A DNA stretch of 64,000 nt from Planctomycetaceae bacterium (GTDB taxonomy: Bacteria; Planctomycetota; Planctomycetia; Planctomycetales; Planctomycetaceae), in contig DASYNP010000081.1 of the NCBI GenBank assembly GCA_036008465.1, forward strand, positions 2,178 to 66,177, written 5' to 3'. Shown piece after piece: positions 48,863-56,858 of the stretch. Every line of letters starts with the position of its first letter. The stretch's first letter is position 1. Made by a program: the position numbers and the translations under genes. The notes beneath the pieces were generated by a model. The model had not been told where the DNA came from and made no database searches. It worked only from the letters and a program-made list of their open reading frames with translations.

Positions 48863-50758
48863 TTGCGCGAATGCGGAATCAGCGTTCGGGCGATCGAAGC
48901 GGCTGCGGCCCAACTCGCGCCGGCTGTCACGTTGCTGGGCCTTCCCGCGCTCGAGGGGCGGGAATGGTATCGGCTCCTGCGCGAAAAACTCGCGCCTCAG
49001 CTCGGCGCCGACGCTTACCTCGTGGTGGCGGTTGTCGGCGGGACCAATATCGGCAAGAGCGTCATCTTCAACCACATCGCCGACAGTCCCCTCAGTGCGA
49101 GCAGTCCGCTGGCTTCAGGCACGCGAAACCCCGTGTGCGTCGTCCCGACCGGCTTTGCCGAGTCGCACGAGCTGCCCGCAATCTTTCCCGAATTCGATCT
49201 GCGACCCTGGACGAGCGCGAACGAGGCGCTCGCCGACACTCCAGACGACCGTATCTATTGGCGAGCGGTCGTTGACACGCCCCCCAATCTGTTGATCCTC
49301 GATACGCCCGACATCGACAGCGACGTGCAGGTCAACTGGAAGCGGGCCGACGGGATCCGCCGCGTCGCCGACGTGTTGATCGCCGTGCTCACTCAGCAGA
49401 AGTACAACGACGCGGCCGTCAAGCAGTATTTCCGCAAAGCGGCCGAGGAAGGCAAGCTGGTGCTGGTCATCTTTAATCAGTGCCAGCTACCCGACGACGA
49501 TCTGTATTGGCCGTTGTGGCTCGACACGTTTTGCCGCGAGACAGGCGTCTCGCCACGACTGGTTTACGTCGCCCCCAACGATCGGCGCGCCGCCGAGGAG
49601 GGCCGTCTCCCCTTCTTTGAGAAGCCGCCGACCTCGTGGAAAGTCAACGGCGCGTCGAGCAAGACCGACGCGGCTGCTTCGCCGGCCAACCTGGCCCACG
49701 ATTTGTCCCAGTTGAAATTTGCCGAGATCAAGCTGAGCACACTGTCGGGAGCGCTCACCCATCTGATGTCCGACGACGCGGGACTGCCCGCCTTTTTGCG
49801 CGAAGTCGAAACGCGCAGCGGGGCCTTCGAATCGGCCGCCAGGTGGCTCTCGTCGGAAAGCGTGATCAAAGTCCGCGACTGGCCGTCGATCTCCAACCCG
49901 CTTCTGGTCGCTGAAATTCGCGCCTGGTGGCGGCAGCGCCAGCACGGGATGGCCCGCCGCGTTCACGAGTTCTATGACACGGTCGGTCGCGGCCTCCTCT
50001 TCCCGTTGCGCGTCGCCGGCGACAAACTGCGCGGCCCAACGATCAGCCCGCTCGAACAGTATCGGCGAAACGAGTGGGGCGCGATCCTCTCGGTCATCGA
50101 GGAGGTCTACGACCGGCTCAACTGGCTGTCGGAGTCGGCCAGTCAGCTGCTCAAGCCATTCCTCGAACGCATGCTGGCCGGCAAGTCGCGCTCGCAGCTC
50201 CTCGAGCAATTGCGGGTCGACCACGAGCGGGTCGACTTCGGCCAGGAACTTTCAGTCACCGTCAATTCGGAGATGCGGGCCTTTGAAGAGGGCAGCCCCG
50301 AGCTGTATCGCTTTTATCGCCAGCTCACGAATGTCTCTGCCGCGGTTCGCCCGCTGACGAGCGTGGTGCTCTTTAGTCTGGGCTGGGGCCCGGCCGCTCA
50401 CGTGTTGTCGCCGATGCTGGCTCCGATGGTCGATCTGGGAGCCCACAGCCTGGTGCCGATCGTCGCCGACTTCGCGACCGGAGCAGCCGCCGCCGCGGGG
50501 GGCGACGCCGCCCTGGCCAGCGGGGCCAACCTGCTCGAAGCCCGCTTCCGCCGATTGCAGACCGCCTTTACCACACGTCGAGTTGATTGGCTGCTCACTC
50601 GTTTAAAAGATCAAGTTTTCGGAGCCGTCCCCCGCGACCTGCAGACGGCCGCCGAAGTCCCCCGCAGCGAGGCTTATCGAAACCTGGCACAAGCGGCCGC
50701 TCGATTGGACCAACAGCTTGCCGACGTGACCAAGGCGTCGCCCGAGCCGAATACCTAG
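48863..50758 (+). CDS. P-loop GTPase with dynamin-like layout and hydrophobic C-terminal region (start uncertain)
   Basis: G1 GGTNIGKS, G3 LILDTPDIDSD, LTQQKYND, then long helical region and hydrophobic LTSVVLFSLGWGPAAHVL... No in-frame ATG. TTG 48863 (GGGGAG upstream) preferred over TTG 48587/48728, which would overlap the tRNA-Val promoter zone. Confidence 0.6.
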   Translation: MRECGISVRAIEAAAAQLAPAVTLLGLPALEGREWYRLLREKLAPQLGADAYLVVAVVGGTNIGKSVIFNHIADSPLSASSPLASGTRNPVCVVPTGFAESHELPAIFPEFDLRPWTSANEALADTPDDRIYWRAVVDTPPNLLILDTPDIDSDVQVNWKRADGIRRVADVLIAVLTQQKYNDAAVKQYFRKAAEEGKLVLVIFNQCQLPDDDLYWPLWLDTFCRETGVSPRLVYVAPNDRRAAEEGRLPFFEKPPTSWKVNGASSKTDAAASPANLAHDLSQLKFAEIKLSTLSGALTHLMSDDAGLPAFLREVETRSGAFESAARWLSSESVIKVRDWPSISNPLLVAEIRAWWRQRQHGMARRVHEFYDTVGRGLLFPLRVAGDKLRGPTISPLEQYRRNEWGAILSVIEEVYDRLNWLSESASQLLKPFLERMLAGKSRSQLLEQLRVDHERVDFGQELSVTVNSEMRAFEEGSPELYRFYRQLTNVSAAVRPLTSVVLFSLGWGPAAHVLSPMLAPMVDLGAHSLVPIVADFATGAAAAAGGDAALASGANLLEARFRRLQTAFTTRRVDWLLTRLKDQVFGAVPRDLQTAAEVPRSEAYRNLAQAAARLDQQLADVTKASPEPNT

Positions 50759-50817
50759 AGCTCCGGCAAAACGGCGACGACGAATAGACACGGCCGACGG
50801 GATAGAATCACCTCAGC

Positions 50818-52629
50818 ATGACCACACCAGAACTTGCCCAGCTCGAAGCCCTCTCGCAGGTCGATGAACTCGTCGAGCGCCTGACGCGCTGGACGGCGGA
50901 AGAAACCGTGTGGGAGCCGTTGCGCTCTTCCCGCGCTCTGTTGAAGCGCGTGCTCTCGCGCGTCGACTCGCTCCGCGTTCGGCTCGAGGCTCCGCTGGTT
51001 GTGGCTACGTTTGGCGGCACGGGGACCGGCAAGAGCACGCTCGTCAACGCGATCATCGGCCGCGAATGCGCCCGCACCGGCCGGCAGCGTCCGACGACCA
51101 CGCGTCCCCTTTTGATCGTGCACCCCAACGCCGACCTGAATGCGCTGGGTTTTCCTATCGACGACTTCGACGTCAGCCGTGTCGATGCGCCGCTGCTGCA
51201 AGACATCGTGCTGATCGACTGCCCCGATCCGGATACTTCCGAGGATGACGCCAAGGGAAGCAACCTGCAGCGGCTGCACCAGCTCCTGCCCCACTGCGAC
51301 GTGCTGATCTATACCTCGACGCAGCAAAAATACCGGTCGGGCCGCGTGGCCGACGAATTGGGCCTGGCCTCCAACGGCTGCCGGCTGCTCTTCGTGCAGA
51401 CGCACGCCGAGCTCGACCAGGACATCCGCGACGATTGGCAAAGCCATCTCGGCGCCCACTACGACGTGCCCGAGGTCTTCTTCGTCGACTCCCTGCGGGG
51501 ACTGAAGGAGCAACAGGATGGAGGGCGGCCGTCGGGTGACCTCGCGCGCTTGCAGCAAGTTCTCACCACGCAACTCTCCGCCGCCCATCGCGTTCAAGTC
51601 CGCCGGGCCAACCTGATCGATCTCGTGCACTCAGCGGTCGACCACTGCCGCAACACGCTTCGCGATTACGATCCCGAGCTCGACCAGCTCGAAGCGGCCC
51701 TCGAAGACCAGCACGCGCGACTCGTGCGATCGCTGGCTGACAATCTCACGCGCGAACTCAAACGCAGCAGCGCCCTTTGGGAACGTCGACTCCTCGCGTC
51801 GGTGACGCAGTTGTGGGGTTTCAGTCCGTTCTCCTCGATCCTGCGACTCTATAACGCGATGGGCGGGCTGATCGCCTCGTTGACGCTGTTGCGGGCCCGG
51901 TCGTCGGCCCAGATCGCATTGGTCGGAGCGGTCCAAGGCTTTCGCTGGTTCCGCGCGCGCCAACAAGAGCAGGCCGCCGAGGGCCGACTCGAGCGGCTCC
52001 CCGCCACGAGTGCTGACGACAACATCCTCCGCGAGGCCCAAGTCCTGATCGCCGGCTACGCCAAATCGAGCGGCTTCGATTCGGCCCTCGTTCAATCGGG
52101 CTCGCTGCAAACGCTCCGCAAACAGGCCCTGCAGGTGGAAGAAGAATTCCTCACGGACGCAAGTCGGCGGATCGACCAGATCATCGACGGGATCGTGGCC
52201 CGCGACTCAGGCTGGCTCGTTCGACTCTGCTATGAGGTGCTCTTCGCGATCTATCCGCTCTTTGTGCTCGTCCGCGTCGGCAAGAATTTCTTCTACGACT
52301 CTCTCGTCGGCAACGCCGAGCTGATAGGAACCAGCTTCTACATCTCGGCAGGATTGTTTTTCATCCTGTGGTCGTGGCTCTTCGTGATGTCGTTCTGCCG
52401 CCGCCTCAGGCGCCACCTCACCGGCGAGATCGAAACTCTCGCTCAGTCGCTGGCCGAACAGCGAATCACCGGCGAGATGTTCCCCGCTCTCGCCGAAGCT
52501 TGCCGCCAGGCCCGCCTGCAGCGTTCCCGCCTCGATGCGATCGCCGTAACCGTCACTGGTCTACGGCCGGAGCGCACGGGTTCGTTCGGCTCGCCACGAA
52601 CGGCGGCGCGACGGTTAGTGACCGCCTAG
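50818..52629 (+). CDS. P-loop GTPase with dynamin-like layout and two C-terminal transmembrane segments (paralog of the upstream gene)
   Basis: G1 GGTGTGKST, G3 VLIDCPDPDTSE, STQQKYRS, FVQTHAELD. TM segments LVRLCYEVLFAIYPLFVLV and FYISAGLFFILWSWLFVMSF. Confidence 0.7.
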   Translation: MTTPELAQLEALSQVDELVERLTRWTAEETVWEPLRSSRALLKRVLSRVDSLRVRLEAPLVVATFGGTGTGKSTLVNAIIGRECARTGRQRPTTTRPLLIVHPNADLNALGFPIDDFDVSRVDAPLLQDIVLIDCPDPDTSEDDAKGSNLQRLHQLLPHCDVLIYTSTQQKYRSGRVADELGLASNGCRLLFVQTHAELDQDIRDDWQSHLGAHYDVPEVFFVDSLRGLKEQQDGGRPSGDLARLQQVLTTQLSAAHRVQVRRANLIDLVHSAVDHCRNTLRDYDPELDQLEAALEDQHARLVRSLADNLTRELKRSSALWERRLLASVTQLWGFSPFSSILRLYNAMGGLIASLTLLRARSSAQIALVGAVQGFRWFRARQQEQAAEGRLERLPATSADDNILREAQVLIAGYAKSSGFDSALVQSGSLQTLRKQALQVEEEFLTDASRRIDQIIDGIVARDSGWLVRLCYEVLFAIYPLFVLVRVGKNFFYDSLVGNAELIGTSFYISAGLFFILWSWLFVMSFCRRLRRHLTGEIETLAQSLAEQRITGEMFPALAEACRQARLQRSRLDAIAVTVTGLRPERTGSFGSPRTAARRLVTA

Positions 52630-52708
52630 GGAACGACTGAGCCAAAGAAAAGAATTGACAGCGCCCTCAGCACCGTGCCTGAGTGGTCCACGGCTGTTCT
52701 CAAAGAAA

Positions 52709-53440
52709 TCAAGCGTTCGCGTCGCCAAGTCGGCAGCCTGCCGCCAGGCGATCGGTCTTTGGAATTGGTCCGTGACCCTTGCCGACGTCGCTCTGGTCGC
52801 ACGCGAGTAAAACACGTCCGGCCGCGCGTCGAGGGGATTCAAAAAGAGATGTCGGGAGGGGCTCGATGCGCGGTTGATGATCTCGCAAATGGCAAGCGAC
52901 GCACGAAAGGATGACAGCGCGCGCATTGTCGCGCGGTTGCTTCGCGTTCTGCGGGACGGCGTTTCTCGTGCACACGCCAGCCGGAATCACGCCGGGCGCA
53001 AGCTGCGGTTGGGGTGCAACGTCGGATTTGCCGGTCCAGAGCCCGATGCAAAAGACAGCCAGCCCTCCTAACGCGGCGCATAAGAGGCCCTGCAGGGCCT
53101 TGCCGCGGATTCGGCGCCCCGGCGGGCGAACGACCGGCCGACTGCCGCTGGGCGCGCTCAGTGACGCCAATCGAGCGGCCGCTGCCTCCGCCATGCCGAT
53201 CGCTTCGACGCTGAGAAACGATTTCTGCGACGCAACGGCGGCGTTTCCTCGTCCTTCGTTCGGCGGTGCGTCCTGCATCGCCGGCTCGGCTGGCAGATCC
53301 CCACATAACAAGGAGAGAGCCGGCTCGAGCACCTGTTTCAGTTCTCGGCAGCGCGGGCAGTTTAGAAGATGCTCCGCGAGTGCGGCTGTGTCGGCCGACG
53401 CGGGATCGGTCAGCGCATCGAATGCCTCGTCACAGTTCAT
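52709..53440 (-). CDS. Anti-sigma factor, zf-HC2 (ZAS) type, single-pass membrane protein
   Basis: N-terminal HLLNCPRCREL (HxxxCxxC) and TM helix LLCAALGGLAVFCIGLW. Start overlaps the sigma gene end by 11 nt. Confidence 0.7.
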   Translation of the reverse strand: MNCDEAFDALTDPASADTAALAEHLLNCPRCRELKQVLEPALSLLCGDLPAEPAMQDAPPNEGRGNAAVASQKSFLSVEAIGMAEAAAARLASLSAPSGSRPVVRPPGRRIRGKALQGLLCAALGGLAVFCIGLWTGKSDVAPQPQLAPGVIPAGVCTRNAVPQNAKQPRDNARAVILSCVACHLRDHQPRIEPLPTSLFESPRRAAGRVLLACDQSDVGKGHGPIPKTDRLAAGCRLGDANA

Positions 53441-54071
53441 TGGATCTCTCCTCGTCTCCGAGAAGTCGCTCGGACAGTTTGCAGAGCCCACTGCGCACCC
53501 GTAACTTCGCGCCGCCTAAGCTCACGCCCATGGACTGGGCAATTTCTTCGTACTTGAGCCCAGCGAAAAACCGAAGACGAATCGCGTCTGCTTGAGCGTC
53601 AGGCAACTCGTTCAGAAACCCTTGCAATTGAGCGCCGCGTTCGCGGATGAGCAGGGCCGCTAATGCCGTTTCAGACGTAGACGGATCGGCGAGGTTCGCG
53701 CGCTCGCTTGTGTCGAGTGTTGAGCGGGACACGACCTGCGGTCGGCGAGCGAGGCGCTTTCGCTGCGCGCGGCAAAGATTCAACAGAATCGTCCAGAGCC
53801 ACGTCCGAAAATGAAATGCAGGATTAAACGTGTGGCGAGACGCAAAGACGGCCAGAAACGTCTCTTGGACGACGTCTTCGGCCAGTGCCGCATCATTGAG
53901 CATTCCGTTTGCAACGCGGAGTAGCGCGGGCCGGTAGCGTTCAACGAGAACCTCGAAGAGGGAGAATTCCCCTTCCTGGATCCGTCGCATGAGTTGGCCG
54001 TCGTCCGAGTGCATCTGGTCTCGTTGCCGAATGAACAATTGACCGAACGTTGGGTTGTCGGGAGACCGCAT
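53430..54071 (-). CDS. ECF-type RNA polymerase sigma factor
   Basis: Region 2 DVVQETFLAVF...FRTWLWTILLNLCR. Region 4 YEEIAQSMGVSLGGAKLRVRSGL. Confidence 0.85.
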   Translation of the reverse strand: MRSPDNPTFGQLFIRQRDQMHSDDGQLMRRIQEGEFSLFEVLVERYRPALLRVANGMLNDAALAEDVVQETFLAVFASRHTFNPAFHFRTWLWTILLNLCRAQRKRLARRPQVVSRSTLDTSERANLADPSTSETALAALLIRERGAQLQGFLNELPDAQADAIRLRFFAGLKYEEIAQSMGVSLGGAKLRVRSGLCKLSERLLGDEERSNEL

Positions 54072-54236
54072 TCGGCGTTCTGAGATTTCTCGATCCTGCT
54101 ACCGCCGCGATCATTCGCCGGTTGCATTATCAATCACGATGGGATCCTCAACAAGCGTTCGTCGCGGCGGGGTGTCATGCCCCACGGTCGGCGGGGGCAT
54201 GTCTTGCTTGCAGTTCGCGGGCTCACGTGAACGGGA

Positions 54237-55049
54237 CTAAGCCTTATCTGGCTTGATCGCGGCGACCAGGCGGGTTGCCGCCCAGGGGCCGGCGCCGTAC
54301 CAGAAGCGAGGGCCGAGCGATCGGCGCTCGGTGAGCTTCAGACCGCAGGCCTCGAGTTCGCGGGCGTACGCTCCCGTGTGGCGGATGTCGGCGATCGCCA
54401 GCTTGCCGCCTGGCTTGAGCACCCGGGCCGCTTCGCGGAGTGCCTTCGCCCGCTCGCCCGCGCCGGGCACGTTGTGAATCGCCAGCGAGCTGACCACCAC
54501 GTCGAACGAGCCGTCCTCGAAGGGAAGCCGGCGCATGTCGGCGGTGCGCAGCTCGATCCGCTCAGCCACGCCCTCGAGGGCCGCGTTTTTGCGCGTGACC
54601 TCTTCGGCATTGCCCGATTGATCCGTGCTGCTCCAGATGTCGACGCCGACGGCCCGTCCGCGGAGCAAACGCTGGGCCGCCATCAAGAGCACCGCACCGC
54701 GCCCGCAGCCGACGTCGAGCAGCCGCTCGTCCCCTTTGAGTTCGAGCCGATCGAGCAGCTCGGCCCAGACGGCGAACTTGCCGGCGCGGGTGGTGTAGGT
54801 GTAGCTACCCGCGTTGAGAAAGAGCCAGAGCGCGGCAAAGCCTGGGGCGAGAACGGAAATTCGATTCGGCATCCCCTCGAGACCCTCGCCGTCCCACAAC
54901 CGCCACAGGCAGAGGGCGAGCAGGCCGCCGCCGCCGAGGGCCATCAAGATCGGCGCGTACGGTGCATCGAAGCCATAGGCGCCGCGGCGTGGAGGGTGGG
55001 GACTCACGGGAGAACCAACACCTTCAATCGGGCGAACGATCGGACACAA
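54237..55049 (-). CDS. Class I SAM-dependent methyltransferase with N-terminal transmembrane helices
   Basis: LLDVGCGRGAVLL motif I, LKPGGKLAIADI. TTG 55049 is the longest start; GTG 55007 is an alternative. Confidence 0.8.
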   Translation of the reverse strand: MCPIVRPIEGVGSPVSPHPPRRGAYGFDAPYAPILMALGGGGLLALCLWRLWDGEGLEGMPNRISVLAPGFAALWLFLNAGSYTYTTRAGKFAVWAELLDRLELKGDERLLDVGCGRGAVLLMAAQRLLRGRAVGVDIWSSTDQSGNAEEVTRKNAALEGVAERIELRTADMRRLPFEDGSFDVVVSSLAIHNVPGAGERAKALREAARVLKPGGKLAIADIRHTGAYARELEACGLKLTERRSLGPRFWYGAGPWAATRLVAAIKPDKA

Positions 55050-55505
55050 TCTCGAGCAAGAAAGGAAGTCTTACGGAGGGCATTGTGCTCAGGCGCCGAG
55101 GACCAGTCAACGAGCGGTGGCGCCCGAACTTACGGCGAGTTCGCAATGATCTTCTCGCAAAAGGTGGCGACTCCTGCCACCTTAATTAACCGCCTATCCC
55201 ATGTCCGGGGATTCCCCGGCGCAACCGCCGCCATGCGGCGCGATCCTCCGCGTCGAGCGTGTTGAGAGTCCCGACTCTCAGTGGGGGAACAGAGTTTCGG
55301 CCCGGAAAGAGTCACGGGCTCGGAAAAGAATTTTGGAAGTTGTTTCCACGCGCATGGAAACTCGGGGTCGGCGACCGCAACCTGGCATGGTAAAATGAGG
55401 GGATCCCCCTTCTTTGGGTGCGGAGCCGGTTCAGGGTCCGCGCGGCCCCGCCGCCGGGGAAAAGATCCCCGGCGGGCCCCGGCGGGGACAAAAATTTCGT
55501 CCCTG

Positions 55506-55556
55506 CTGGTGGTGGGGATCCTTTTTTCAATAGGGGGAAAGGATCCCCACCACCAG
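55506..55556. repeat. Perfect 16-bp inverted repeat CTGGTGGTGGGGATCC - 19 nt - GGATCCCCACCACCAG
   Basis: Read directly. It is the strongest of at least nine stems in 55161-55650. Confidence 0.9.
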
Positions 55557-55691
55557 ACCGGCAAAGACCAGGATTTTTGAACAGAAGGGAACTGAGGCAA
55601 CAGAGGTCAGACCACGTCGATCCTCCCCCCTCCGTTACCTTGTTGCCTCCTGTGCGAAACTTGATTCCGCCGACAGTCGGGCCCGGGCCGT

Positions 55692-56108
55692 GGGACGGGA
55701 CGGGTTCGTGGGACGGGACAGATCTGTAGCGTGTGCCAAGGACGGCTTGGGGACCGCGGTCACACCGAGTTTCGTACTTCGCGAAACAATGGTGGGACGG
55801 CGGCCACCCTACGGGACGGGACACATTCGTGGGACGGACACCGTTTATGGGGCAAAGCAGCAATCTCGACCAAAGTTCGGTCCGGTCACTCGCAACTGGT
55901 ATAGGGGGTCAATTTTGACCGAATTTCTTCCGTCGCGCCAGGCTGCGGGCCGCTGGTGAAACTCTGTCCGGTGGGTCGGGACATTTTGCTTCAATAGGTA
56001 GTTGACCCGCAAAGTAGTTGACCCATCCCCCCCGTGGCAGAGCCCAGACCCGAGGTATGCTCGATCACGTCCGGCGAACGGGACGGGACACGATTGGGCG
56101 GGTGGGAC
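55692..56108 (+). repeat. Cluster of GGGAC-based repeats: GGGACGGGAC at 55692, 55710, 55813 and 56080, plus single GGGAC/GGGGAC words
   Basis: Read directly. All copies are in the same orientation. 55692-55712 fits G3-N2-G3-N2-G3-N5-G3. Confidence 0.85.
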
Positions 56109-56240
56109 CAAGTCGGTGGGTGACCCCGAAACTCCATCAGCCCGTAGTCCGTGAATGGCTGACGGCCAAGTTAAGAGTGGATTCGGCCAGTCGTTCGCGG
56201 CTATGCTCGGGGATTCCTTTGAAGGTTCCTTTGGAACCGT

Positions 56241-56807
56241 ATGAGCGACGTCACGCGAATCCTTTCCGCCATCGAGCAGGGTGATCCCCGCGTCTCCGAG
56301 CAACTTTTGCCTCTCGTCTACGACGAATTGAGGCGATTAGCCGCTCAGAGGTTGGCACAAGAGAAACCGGGACAGACGCTGCAAGCGACGGCCCTCGTTC
56401 ACGAGGCCTTTCTCCGGCTGGTCGACGGCGACAAGGTTCAGCAATGGAGCAGTCGCAGACATTTCTTTGCCGCCGCGGCTGAATCGATGAGGCGGATTCT
56501 CGTCGATAACGCGCGTCGCAAGCGACGACCGAAGCTGGGCGGGGACCGTCAGCGCGTCGAATTCGACGAGGCATGTTTGTTCGAGGAGGATCGCGCGGAC
56601 CAGTTGCTGTCGCTTCACGAGGCGCTCGAAAAGCTGGAAAGGGAGTCGCCCGAGAAGGCTGAATTGGTCAAGCTGAGGTACTTTGCCGGTCTTTCCCATC
56701 AGGAAGCCGCGATGGCCCTCGGAATCGCACGTGCAACCGCCGATCGCTATTGGGCTTACGCCAGGGTGTTTCTCTATTCCGCGATCGAGGACGCGGAACA
56801 AACCTGA
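56241..56807 (+). CDS. ECF sigma factor of the ECF43-like (kinase-associated) type
   Basis: ILSAIEQGDPRVSEQLLPLVYDELRRLA...GQTLQATALVHEAFLRL matches the N-terminal pattern I associate with TIGR02999/ECF43. No anti-sigma gene follows; a Ser/Thr kinase gene does. Confidence 0.85.
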   Translation: MSDVTRILSAIEQGDPRVSEQLLPLVYDELRRLAAQRLAQEKPGQTLQATALVHEAFLRLVDGDKVQQWSSRRHFFAAAAESMRRILVDNARRKRRPKLGGDRQRVEFDEACLFEEDRADQLLSLHEALEKLERESPEKAELVKLRYFAGLSHQEAAMALGIARATADRYWAYARVFLYSAIEDAEQT

Positions 56808-56858
56808 CGAAGTTGCCCGCCGTGCGAGGCAAATTCGCGTCGAAAGTCGCCACGGTGT

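Noticed and set aside
55130-55959. ORFs of 60-183 aa inside the 1.2-kb gene-free region (for example 55312-55863 minus, 55690-55959 plus)
   Set aside because: They translate to low-complexity Gly/Arg/Pro/Ser strings generated by the GGGAC and GGATCC repeats. They have no start context and mutually overlap on both strands.
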